Positions 55,416-64,000 of a DNA stretch of 64,000 bases are shown here, piece after piece. The notes below the pieces were generated by a model. That model searched no databases. It was not told the DNA's origin and saw only the letters and a list, made by a program, of their open reading frames with translations. The DNA comes from an uncultured virus (IMG/VR IMGVR_UViG_3300035130_000204). Lineage: Duplodnaviria > Heunggongvirae > Uroviricota > Caudoviricetes. The position numbers were made by a program, and so were the translations under genes. Location of the stretch: IMG/VR virus record IMGVR_UViG_3300035130_000204. One strand, given 5' to 3'. The stretch's first letter is position 1. The number at the start of each line of letters is the position of its first letter.

Positions 55416-56639
55416 ATGGTGGACGTGGCTTTCCTTGGTCGCTTTGGCACGTGCTGCGGTGTCGCGACCTACACCGAGCAGCTGGCTGAGCAGCTTGTAA
55501 AAGCTGACAGCTTCGAGGTGGCAGCCGTTGCTTCCGTTCATGGACATCAGGAGCAAGGGCCTCATCGTACCGACTGTGTCGAGGGGATCAAGACCATTTC
55601 GTGTTGGGGGGAGGATAGCGACTTCGACGAGGCTTACCAGGTCATCCTGGACCTGCAGCCCAGCATCCTGCACGTTCAACACGAGCACGGCATCTTTCGT
55701 AATGGCGGTGCGCTGCTTGACCTGCTACGAAAACTTCCGAGCCTGCAAATTACGCGTATTCTCACCGCGCACACGGTGCCCCCAGAGGAAAACGCTGCGA
55801 TGCTCGATCTGATTACGAGCGTTGATGGCGTCATTGTACACTCGATGAGGGCGAAGAGAGTCCTTCACGAGCAGTGCGAGAGATGGAAACTAAAGAATCC
55901 ACCAGAGGTAGGACACATCGAGCACGGCATGTTGCCGCCTCAACAAAAAGCGAACAAGGCGTACGCACGCGCTGCGCTCGGTATACCTCTGGATAAAGAG
56001 GTTGTGGTGGCCCTGGCGCTGGGCTTCATCTCGCGGTCCAAAAAGCATATGGTGATGCTGCAGGTGCTCGAGGCGGTCATCAAGCGCCAGATGTGCGCGC
56101 CGAAGCGCCTTTTTTTGTTGATAGCAGGACTTCCAGATCCTCATGGTGGTGACGAGCTAGTTCGGATGGTGCGGCAGTTTGCTGCGCAGCGGGGCATAGC
56201 TCAGAACCTGCTCGTTATCCCTGAGTTCATTCCGTTCAGGTACTTGCCGATCATCTACGGTGCTGCGGACTTCACCCTTCACGTGCGTGGAGCAAGTCAG
56301 ATCAGTAGCTCGGGCAGTATCCGCCAAGACATGAGCTTCGGCATGCCTGTTTTGACGCAGAGGAGCGATCTGACCGAAGACCTGCCGTACGACGCGGTGA
56401 CGTTCTTCGCCAACGAGCAAGGGCTGCTGGCGATGCTTCCAAAGTTGGTGCGGGACGATACGATGCGTGAGAAACTGTCGAGCGAGGCCTTGTTGATGGC
56501 GCGCAAGTTCGAGTGGCGCAGGATATCGAAGAAGCACGTGCGGTTTTACGAGGCCGTCATGGGTCAGCAAATCACAAGCAGGCGCGAGGTTTTCCGGACA
56601 GCTCTTTCGCAAGCGACGCACTGGTTGAGGAAAAACTGA
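55416..56639 (+). CDS. Glycosyltransferase, GT-B (GT4-like)
   Basis: CGVATYT, LHVQHEHG, TAHTV, IEHG, LGFISRSK, YGAAD. Confidence 0.85.
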   Translation: MVDVAFLGRFGTCCGVATYTEQLAEQLVKADSFEVAAVASVHGHQEQGPHRTDCVEGIKTISCWGEDSDFDEAYQVILDLQPSILHVQHEHGIFRNGGALLDLLRKLPSLQITRILTAHTVPPEENAAMLDLITSVDGVIVHSMRAKRVLHEQCERWKLKNPPEVGHIEHGMLPPQQKANKAYARAALGIPLDKEVVVALALGFISRSKKHMVMLQVLEAVIKRQMCAPKRLFLLIAGLPDPHGGDELVRMVRQFAAQRGIAQNLLVIPEFIPFRYLPIIYGAADFTLHVRGASQISSSGSIRQDMSFGMPVLTQRSDLTEDLPYDAVTFFANEQGLLAMLPKLVRDDTMREKLSSEALLMARKFEWRRISKKHVRFYEAVMGQQITSRREVFRTALSQATHWLRKN

Positions 56640-57781
56640 TGAAGGTCACCTTTGTATCGCGCTGGGGCGTGCAGTGCGGCATCGCGACGTACACCGATCA
56701 GCTAGCTATGGCGTTGACGCAGCATCAAGGCGTCGACTGTACCTGTGCTGCTGAGCACCTAAAGGGGATACCGGAGATAGCAGTACAATCAGCGATTCCC
56801 TTCACCAGGTGCTGGAGCGGCGATAGCGAGATGTATGGCGACCTGGTAGAGCACATCCGTAACGACCGTACGGACGTCATTCACATACAGCACGAGTTTG
56901 GGTTGATGGACTCAGCGAGGGGCATGCTGGAGATGATGCCCAGGCTGCGCAGCCTTGGCGTGCCGGTAGTTGTGACGTGCCACACGGTGATGCCTCCACC
57001 GTCTAACAAGGGCTGGTTCTTCTTGAATGTGCTCTCGCAGGTGGCCAAGGTCGTAGCGCACAACGAAGACACACGCCAGGCGCTTCTCGATTGGAAGCTT
57101 AGGCCGCAGCTTGTGGAGGTCATACCGCACGGCACCCCAGAGGGATGTGTCTCGCAGGACAAGGTCACAGCGCGTCGACAGCTGTTCCTGCCTGAAGATC
57201 CAAATGTCGTCGTGGCGGTGTCGCTGGGGTTTATCACGCAAGGCAAGATGCAGCACGAGGCGGTCGAGGCAATTACTTGGTTGGTCAAGGAGGGCCTGCT
57301 AAATCCTGAGTATTTTGTTTACGTGATCGTTGGAAAGCCGGGCCAGAACACGCCTGAGAACATCGAGTACACCAGGCAGCTGCATGCAATGGTGGATCGT
57401 GAACGTGCTTGGAACTACGTGCGTATCTTCCCGCGGTTCATACCTGTCGAGGAGCTGCCGGTCTGGTACGGGGCTGCGGACTTCTTGATCACCGGATCAC
57501 ACGAAACTTTTTTCTCTGTGTCGGGCAGGTCGCATCAGGAGATGGCCTTCGGAGTTCCATCAGTATCCTCGCGCGCCAGGCTTTTGAGCGATCTGAACGA
57601 GCAACGGTCGATGAAGTACAGCTCCACTGAGGAGCTACGGGCACACATCCTGAGGATGTCAAAGGACGCGAATCTTCGAGGCCTCCTCGCGAGCAGGTGC
57701 GCACAGTTCGCTACGGAGACGTCGTGGACAAACGTCGCGCTCAAGCACATCCAGCTCTATCAGAGCGTGACAGGGAGATAG
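56639..57781 (+). CDS. Glycosyltransferase, GT-B (GT4-like), paralog of 55416
   Basis: CGIATYT, IHIQHEFG, TCHTV, IPHG, LGFITQGK, YGAAD. Confidence 0.85.
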   Translation: MKVTFVSRWGVQCGIATYTDQLAMALTQHQGVDCTCAAEHLKGIPEIAVQSAIPFTRCWSGDSEMYGDLVEHIRNDRTDVIHIQHEFGLMDSARGMLEMMPRLRSLGVPVVVTCHTVMPPPSNKGWFFLNVLSQVAKVVAHNEDTRQALLDWKLRPQLVEVIPHGTPEGCVSQDKVTARRQLFLPEDPNVVVAVSLGFITQGKMQHEAVEAITWLVKEGLLNPEYFVYVIVGKPGQNTPENIEYTRQLHAMVDRERAWNYVRIFPRFIPVEELPVWYGAADFLITGSHETFFSVSGRSHQEMAFGVPSVSSRARLLSDLNEQRSMKYSSTEELRAHILRMSKDANLRGLLASRCAQFATETSWTNVALKHIQLYQSVTGR

Positions 57782-57785
57782 GACA

Positions 57786-59582
57786 ATGAAGATCCTTTGC
57801 TGCGGTTTCTATGGGCATGGCAACGCCGGTGATGAGGCCATCGCACACGCGCTAGACTTTTATCTGCGGCGTCCCTTCGACAACGTCGAGATGATGTTCT
57901 CTTCCGAGCTATCGCCGGAGCAGGTCGCTGCGGTGCTGGATGCCGACGCGTTCTACAGGGACCGCCCGCTCATCTCAGTCTACGATCTGGAGACAGTCAA
58001 GGAGCCGGACATATTTCTGGTCGGTGGCGGTGATCTGTCTGCCAGCTACGGCATTCAGCAGGCGCAGATTGCTCGTGAAGCCAGCCGGTGCCGCCTAGTG
58101 GGGCGCATAGGGACATCGGCGAAAGATGACTTTCTCAAAGGTGGGCCGAAGAGCATCGAGCTGGTCAAGGCCTCTCTGGGGCTGTTCGATTACACCTCGG
58201 TGCGAGATCGGTCGAGCTTCGACGTACTCGCTGCGCTGGATGTTGAAGCTCATTGCGGTGCGGATTTGGCGCTGGACATCGGGCTCGACAAGAAGGTGAA
58301 GCTGCCGAAGCAGCCGTATACCGTCGTGGTCGTCCGCGAGGTCCGTGAGGGCGATGCAGATCGCCAAGCCACGGTAGCAAAGTTCGTTGTGGATGCTGTG
58401 CGTCGTGAGTTCGGCCAGGATTTCGTGCTGCTGCCTTTCTGTGCTGCAGACAGACATTTTGCCAAGCACGTCTCGGCCTCATGCGGCAATGCGATCATCT
58501 GTGATGACGCAGGAAGCGATCCGCACAAGCTGGCGCAGATTATCGCAAACGCGACGTACGTGGTCAGCGTTGGTCGATTGCACCCGCTCGTCTTTGCTAT
58601 CGGCAACCGCGTGCCGTGTTTCGGTGTGACCTACCCGTGGCTCAGCGGCTATGACAAGATCAGCGGCTTCATGAACCACGCTGCGCTGGGCAGGCGTGTT
58701 GCAGACTGGGGTTTGCCGCCCGAGGAGATCGGCGCGATGGTGCACGACGCCATTCGTCAAAGAGATGGAGACGTAGAGACGCTCAACGTCTACTCTGGAT
58801 ATCTCAAGGGTCTGATGCTCGAGTCGTTGTGTCCTATATGGGCAGCGATGGAGTCCGACCATGGCCTCGGTCTCGAGCGAGGAATGAAGTCCGGCGAATT
58901 CCAGGTTGATGACTACGATGCGAGCTACTACTTCGGCTCGCGCGTGTTCAAGGCGGGGAATGAGTTCAAGATCTACCACCCGACGCGAGGGGACTGGGAA
59001 GGATGGGAGGTGATCCGGCGGCTCATACTGAACACGCTGCATCCAGAGACGCTCATGGATGCTGGGTGTGGTCGCGGCTTTTTCCTTCAGAAGATGCTGC
59101 AGGCGGGCGTCAAGGCTGAGGGTATCGACACGTCTCGCGCTGCCTACGAGACATGTGCGCCGGGGGTCAAGGAGCACTTCAAGGTTGGTACGTTTCAAGA
59201 TCTCGGTCATCGCCGCTTCGATGTGGTTACGGCTTTCGACGTCATGGAGCACGTCTTCGAGGAGGACCTCGAGACAGTCATCGCCACGCTCAAGAAGTGC
59301 ACGGGGAAGTACCTCGTCCTCAACATTTGTGCAGCTCCAGACGACGAGAAGCCACACACCATCGCAAAGGGAAAGCCCGTGCCAGAGGGGCTCGAGTGGC
59401 TTGCGGTAAGCGGTCACGTTACCATCCGGCACCGGAGCTGGTGGAAGGCCAAGCTCGAAGATGATGACTGGAAGGTCGACGAGGACATCATCGACGGATG
59501 GTTCGGTGAGCCGCAATTCAACTACCCTTCGTGGCAGCGGCACAACCTCATCATCCTGAGGAGAAAGCGGGCGGCGTCTTAG
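57786..59582 (+). CDS. Polysaccharide pyruvyltransferase fused to a class I SAM methyltransferase
   Basis: GFYGHGNAGDEAI, GGGD, SVRDRSS, GRLH; C-terminal MDAGCGRG, FDVVTAFDVMEH. Confidence 0.85.
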   Translation: MKILCCGFYGHGNAGDEAIAHALDFYLRRPFDNVEMMFSSELSPEQVAAVLDADAFYRDRPLISVYDLETVKEPDIFLVGGGDLSASYGIQQAQIAREASRCRLVGRIGTSAKDDFLKGGPKSIELVKASLGLFDYTSVRDRSSFDVLAALDVEAHCGADLALDIGLDKKVKLPKQPYTVVVVREVREGDADRQATVAKFVVDAVRREFGQDFVLLPFCAADRHFAKHVSASCGNAIICDDAGSDPHKLAQIIANATYVVSVGRLHPLVFAIGNRVPCFGVTYPWLSGYDKISGFMNHAALGRRVADWGLPPEEIGAMVHDAIRQRDGDVETLNVYSGYLKGLMLESLCPIWAAMESDHGLGLERGMKSGEFQVDDYDASYYFGSRVFKAGNEFKIYHPTRGDWEGWEVIRRLILNTLHPETLMDAGCGRGFFLQKMLQAGVKAEGIDTSRAAYETCAPGVKEHFKVGTFQDLGHRRFDVVTAFDVMEHVFEEDLETVIATLKKCTGKYLVLNICAAPDDEKPHTIAKGKPVPEGLEWLAVSGHVTIRHRSWWKAKLEDDDWKVDEDIIDGWFGEPQFNYPSWQRHNLIILRRKRAAS

Positions 59583-59625
59583 CCATGCCGAAGATCCTTC
59601 GAGGGAATCTGGGGAGGTATCTCTA

Positions 59626-60654
59626 GTGAGCGAACCCGAGCGCCCGTTCTTCTCGATCGTCATCACGACGTGCCGAGATGACCATCCGATGCCGAAGCGT
59701 CCGGATGCACATGTGTTGGCGCTCATGGCGGAGAACTGCATCCGTCAAACATTTCGTGACTTTGAGTTAATCGTCGTAGACCTCTGCTACAAAGATCGCC
59801 GTAGGTGGCTGCAGGAAAATTACGGGATGCTGGATTTTCCTGTTTTGCACATTCCAGACAAGGCCTCGATATTTCGCGAGCTTCACCTGACACGTATCTG
59901 CTCGGCACGCAACACGGGCTTACTTTACGCCCGCGGCAAGTGCGTGATCTTCAGTGACGACTGCCAGGAATGGTCGGAGAACGCGCTCGAGCGGCTGTAC
60001 GACTGGGGCAGTCATGACTGTGGTGCCACGGTGCGTCTGCACAGGGACCGCGGTCGAGGTTCGTACGAGTGCGACTCACGATGGGTGGCTTACGGCATCC
60101 AGAACACGTTGAAGACGAAGGTCGTGCAGGCTGATGGCATCGGGTTCCTCGGGGGGACGCTCTCGATGGTGCCGATAGACAAGATGCTCGAGTGTAACGG
60201 CTGGGACGAGATGTTCGATGGTTCGCGCCAGCTCGAAGACTCGGACATGGCAAAGCGTCTTGGTGCCACGGGCCTCAAGATGGCTCTGGAAGGGCACGCG
60301 AAGTGCATCGAGTACAGTCACGGCTCTTGCAGTGGCAACATCCACCGAGGCGCAAAGGATGCCAAGTGTAACGGTGCGTACATCTATCCTATCTGGGAGG
60401 CGCAGCCGCAAAGGTATCGCGCCAACGATCGAGTTTTGACCGACGACGAGCTAGATCGGTTCATGTCAGGCGAGTGCGTGTGGCTTGCGGAAGGCGGCAA
60501 GTGTAAGGCCAGCGGCGACAAGTGCGAGGCTATGTGGAATCGACGCAGCCTGATGAACATCTACAAAGACAACCGGCTAGTGTTCGACCTTGCTGAAATG
60601 CGTGAAGACAGGGCATGGAGCACGGCTGAGCATGACCCGATTTTGCAGGTATAG
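59626..60654 (+). CDS. Glycosyltransferase family 2
   Basis: FSIVITT, QTFRDFELIVVD, ARNTG..ARG..IFSDD, NGWDEMFDG...ED. Confidence 0.85.
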   Translation: MSEPERPFFSIVITTCRDDHPMPKRPDAHVLALMAENCIRQTFRDFELIVVDLCYKDRRRWLQENYGMLDFPVLHIPDKASIFRELHLTRICSARNTGLLYARGKCVIFSDDCQEWSENALERLYDWGSHDCGATVRLHRDRGRGSYECDSRWVAYGIQNTLKTKVVQADGIGFLGGTLSMVPIDKMLECNGWDEMFDGSRQLEDSDMAKRLGATGLKMALEGHAKCIEYSHGSCSGNIHRGAKDAKCNGAYIYPIWEAQPQRYRANDRVLTDDELDRFMSGECVWLAEGGKCKASGDKCEAMWNRRSLMNIYKDNRLVFDLAEMREDRAWSTAEHDPILQV

Positions 60655-60656
60655 CC

Positions 60657-61073
60657 ATGCGCGGCGAAGACGAAGACGAGCACGAAGACGAAGAAGAGAA
60701 CCTTTCGGAGTTCCTTCTCAACTCAGGGATGGCTTCTGTAGCAACCCTGGGACAGAGCTACGGTGTCTGTCGCGACCTGCTTTACACGACTGCAGGGTCG
60801 CTGGCATTCGTTGCGGACGACTTGGATGAGTACCCACCAGAGCTTGTAGCTAAGGTATTCAAGTCGTGGATTCGGCAACAAGCAGATCGCGCCGATCGCG
60901 CAGCGCAGGAAATAACCGACAACGTCGTCCATCACAGAGAACAGCCTGACTTCACCCGCTGCATGGCTTTGACGGGGACGCTATTCGACTTCGACATGCA
61001 GATGACCTTGCTTCTGAACTGGGTCAAGACGAATCACGAGAAGGCTACGGCGTCAGAGGAAGAAACCGAGTAA
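60657..61073 (+). CDS. Acidic hypothetical protein
   Basis: 138-aa ORF filling the gap in the operon. Confidence 0.6.
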   Translation: MRGEDEDEHEDEEENLSEFLLNSGMASVATLGQSYGVCRDLLYTTAGSLAFVADDLDEYPPELVAKVFKSWIRQQADRADRAAQEITDNVVHHREQPDFTRCMALTGTLFDFDMQMTLLLNWVKTNHEKATASEEETE

Positions 61074-61075
61074 CG

Positions 61076-61867
61076 ATGGAAGAGACGATTCAGGTTCTCG
61101 TGTGTCATGTCCCGATTCGTCCGGTGGATTGTCTCGTCCGCACGCTGGACAGTCTTCGGGTAGCGTCGGCTAGTCGTGACGTCGTCGTTCAGGTTGTGGT
61201 GCAGGGCCCATGCGACCACGAGCTGCCACCCGGCGGCATCTGGCCCGAGGATAGGTTCTCTGTTCACTACGCCTACAACGACCGCAACACGGGCGTGGCG
61301 CAGCCGCTGGCAGAACACACAAAGACGTGGATCGACATGGGCAGCAGCAGCAGTTACTGGGCAAAGGTCGACGATGACGTCGTGCTGCGTCCTGGTGCGT
61401 TCGACCTCATGCTGCACGTGATCGTCGAAGCAGGCCGCCGTGGTTACCAGGTGGGTTGCTGCCAGATGAACGTCGCAGGCGCCCAGGCAATACTGCTCAG
61501 CGCGGAGTACGGGCAACTCAAGAGGACGGGAGGGTGGCACCAGGAGTTCAAGTGTGGTCCATGGACAGCCCGTGTCGTAGACGCCGTAGGGACTGGGTCG
61601 ACCATCTTTACGCCGTTGCCATTTCAGCAGGGATGTCGATTCGAGCCGAGCTACGTGATTGGTGGCGTGGACGTCGACATGAGCTGGCAGATGACGAACA
61701 AGCAGATTCGATCGATCCTCGTTGACGCCCCAGGCAATGTACACGACCTGGCTGGCTGCTCGTCGTCTGCGTACCACAAGGTTCGGTGGAACCCAAAGAG
61801 CATCAACAAGAGCGGCGAGACCTTCAGGCGACGCTGGGGCATCGTGGACCCATGCCTGAAGAGATGA
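61076..61867 (+). CDS. GT2-like glycosyltransferase
   Basis: RNTGVA, YWAKVDDDV (DxD), GGVDVD, F...WG. Confidence 0.7.
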   Translation: MEETIQVLVCHVPIRPVDCLVRTLDSLRVASASRDVVVQVVVQGPCDHELPPGGIWPEDRFSVHYAYNDRNTGVAQPLAEHTKTWIDMGSSSSYWAKVDDDVVLRPGAFDLMLHVIVEAGRRGYQVGCCQMNVAGAQAILLSAEYGQLKRTGGWHQEFKCGPWTARVVDAVGTGSTIFTPLPFQQGCRFEPSYVIGGVDVDMSWQMTNKQIRSILVDAPGNVHDLAGCSSSAYHKVRWNPKSINKSGETFRRRWGIVDPCLKR

Positions 61868-61876
61868 TGAAGTTCC

Positions 61877-62701
61877 ATGAGTCCAAGACGCCGCAGTGCA
61901 AGAGATGGGGTGACGACGGTAGTAGGTTATCGTCCTCAGTACTGCCCCGTGGACTGTCTAGCAATAACGCTTGAGTCACTCATCGACGCTACGGAGTTGC
62001 CGCATCACGTCAATGTCGTGGTGCAAGGGCGCTGTGAGTCGATGATCGGAAAATCCGGCGAAAAGCTACCGGCACCGATCAACTATCCTTACCGTTTGAC
62101 TTACACAATAAACGATACCGACGCAGGCGATGCTGATGTCATGAGTCGCACGCTTGCCGGATGCACAAGTCGCTACTGGGCCTTCATAAGTCATAACGTA
62201 ATCCTTCCACATCAGGGCATCGACGTGATGCTCAGGTGCCTACGCAACGAAGAGCGCCGCAAGGAACACAAGGTGGTTGCTGCGACGATGGCGTGCGTGG
62301 ACCAAGAGGATGAGACGCCAAAAACGTTGGAGGTGCGCAAGGGTGTTTTGTACGTGGTCCCAGATGGACGTGGTTGTCGCGAAGAAGAGTTTGCGGCATG
62401 GGATGTCTGTGATCACGCAGGCTACGGTCCTGTTGTGGTTTTCAAGACGCGCCTTGAAAAAACGGCGATTGCTTTCGACCGAGATTTCGGAGCGAGCGGC
62501 CACTGGTTGGATTTCAGCATGCAGTTACACGAAGAAAACTTACGTGTAGTGCGCGTGCGCCAACCAGGAACTCAGATGCACGTTGGGTGCGTTGACAACG
62601 ATTACGAGACGGCGCTCATGCCTGTGGGTGACGCTCCGCTGTTCTTTACGAAGTGGAAGAGCATCTGCGACAGGCTCGTCGCGGAAGAGGATGAGACGTG
62701 A
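61877..62701 (+). CDS. Degenerate GT2-like protein, paralog of 61076
   Basis: Shares PVDCL..TL.SL, VVVQG.C, YWA; DxD replaced by SHN. Confidence 0.6.
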   Translation: MSPRRRSARDGVTTVVGYRPQYCPVDCLAITLESLIDATELPHHVNVVVQGRCESMIGKSGEKLPAPINYPYRLTYTINDTDAGDADVMSRTLAGCTSRYWAFISHNVILPHQGIDVMLRCLRNEERRKEHKVVAATMACVDQEDETPKTLEVRKGVLYVVPDGRGCREEEFAAWDVCDHAGYGPVVVFKTRLEKTAIAFDRDFGASGHWLDFSMQLHEENLRVVRVRQPGTQMHVGCVDNDYETALMPVGDAPLFFTKWKSICDRLVAEEDET

Positions 62702-63741
62702 AGATTTCCTTGGTTATGCACACGTGTCGCAAGGACGACCCAGGTTTGCCGGCGCCAGTACTCAAGATGATGGTCGATACCGTTCTGGCACAGGACTACG
62801 ACGGCGAGATGGAGCTGATCATCGTCGACCTGGCCTACGACTATCGGCGCGAGCAGTTCGCCGACATTCTTGCTACTACGGAGATGCCGGGGCACCGGAA
62901 AGGAAAGTCCCCAGTGCCGGTTCTGCATGTGCCTGACAGGTCGACGCCGTTCAAGGACCGCAAGCTGCTGCGCATCTGCTCGCCCAAGAACACTGGAGCG
63001 ATGCTTGCGCGTGGCGACTGGGTAATCTTCACCGACGACTGTCAGGTGTTGCCAGAGAACGGCGTGTCCTTGTGCGCCAACTGGGCCAAGCAGGGCGTCG
63101 GCTGCACGATGGCCTACGAGAAGCGCATTTGGGGCCGTGGCGAAGAAGACCGCACCACGGGCAAGGACGCCCGCGGAGACCATCTTGGTGTCGCTGTGGG
63201 CGACGGAAAGCGCATCCCAGCGCGTCAGATCGGATTCCTCGGCGGCACGATGTCGATGTTGCCCATGGATGCTCTGCTTCAGCTCAACGGCTTCGACGAG
63301 ATGTTCGATGGCTCCAGGCAGCTCGAGGACGCCGACATGTGCATGCGCCTCGCTGCGCTCGGGCAGAACATGGCCTACGAGCGTCGAGCTAGCGTCATCG
63401 AGTACGAGGTAGGGGCCTATGATGAGCGCGTGGTGACGACCGAGCCCATCAAGTGCAACGGCGCCTATGCGGACTGGGTCTGGAAGAAGGGTGGTCGCGT
63501 GCGCGCCAACACTGGGCGCAACGCCTTGGAGGAGACGCAGGCCAGTGGATGGATGGCTTGCAGCCGACTTGAGCATCCTGACGTGTGCTTGCCGCACCGC
63601 AGTCCGTGTACGAAGTTGGGCGACCCTGATCTGCTCGAGGCTGTGTATTTGGACCCGAGGCTGACTTTCGACTTGGCCAAGGAGCGCGAGCGGCTAAATT
63701 GGAGTAACGCAGCAGAGGCGCTAGGGGGTGACTGTGGCTGA
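62698..63741 (+). CDS. Glycosyltransferase family 2, paralog of 59626
   Basis: ELIIVD, KNTG..ARG..IFTDDCQ, IGFLGGT.SM, NGFDEMFDGSRQLED.DM, KCNGAY. Confidence 0.85.
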   Translation: MKISLVMHTCRKDDPGLPAPVLKMMVDTVLAQDYDGEMELIIVDLAYDYRREQFADILATTEMPGHRKGKSPVPVLHVPDRSTPFKDRKLLRICSPKNTGAMLARGDWVIFTDDCQVLPENGVSLCANWAKQGVGCTMAYEKRIWGRGEEDRTTGKDARGDHLGVAVGDGKRIPARQIGFLGGTMSMLPMDALLQLNGFDEMFDGSRQLEDADMCMRLAALGQNMAYERRASVIEYEVGAYDERVVTTEPIKCNGAYADWVWKKGGRVRANTGRNALEETQASGWMACSRLEHPDVCLPHRSPCTKLGDPDLLEAVYLDPRLTFDLAKERERLNWSNAAEALGGDCG

Positions 63742-64000
63742 TAGACCCGAGAGAGAGGACGCGATCGACCTGTCGATCATCGTCATCATGGGATACCAGG
63801 GGCAAACGAACTTGAGCGCTCCTGTTGTCGGCGACGAGTTTGAGCACTTGGCCGAAGTGGCTAACACGAAGCACAACGTCGAGCTGATCATCGTCGACAA
63901 AGCGTGGCCCTACCGGAGTAAGCGTGTCATTCGCACGCTTGAGTCGATGCTCGCGCGGGTGCGGTACATCCCGCCGAGGCCGACGCTGCTGACGAGTCGC
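63734..64000 (+). CDS. GT2-like protein (partial, runs off window end)
   Basis: GTG start; DLSIIVI...VELIIVD. Confidence 0.6.
   Translation, partial: MADRPEREDAIDLSIIVIMGYQGQTNLSAPVVGDEFEHLAEVANTKHNVELIIVDKAWPYRSKRVIRTLESMLARVRYIPPRPTLLTSR

Overview
The window is most consistent with part of a large (>64 kb), GC-rich bacterial virus or virus-like element, not a cellular chromosome. Genes are tightly packed with 1-4 nt overlaps, almost all on the + strand, and there are no housekeeping genes. Layout: (1) 1-3364 is a GC-richer minus-strand module (Ycf46-like AAA+ ATPase, DUF1257-like, DUF2997-like) containing a tRNA-like fold. (2) About 3400-4500 is a divergent control region. (3) About 8.7-30 kb is a putative morphogenesis module for a tailless, membrane-containing particle. 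It holds a transglutaminase-like Cys protease, about 20 small membrane-anchored proteins, a 933-aa basic/membrane/acidic core-like polyprotein, three tandem beta-rich (jelly-roll-like) capsid candidates, a histone-like protein and SleB-like and peptidoglycan-binding proteins. (4) 30-54 kb holds accessory enzymes: radical SAM-like, GHKL-HEXXH fusion, lysis-like membrane proteins, HTH arrays, SGNH and RadC. (5) Glycosylation clusters lie at 35-39 kb and 52-64 kb. No terminase, portal, tail, integrase, packaging ATPase or replication gene was recognised in this window. The most notable signals are short peptide tags shared across unrelated proteins (MYEY..G[LM]G, xNP, EG[IV]F), a 13-bp palindrome (CRTCCTNAGGAYG) recurring in many of the intergenic and promoter regions, a second diverged capsid-candidate copy on the opposite strand, and two structured RNA-like elements. 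All family assignments come from motif recognition by eye and need HMM or structure confirmation.
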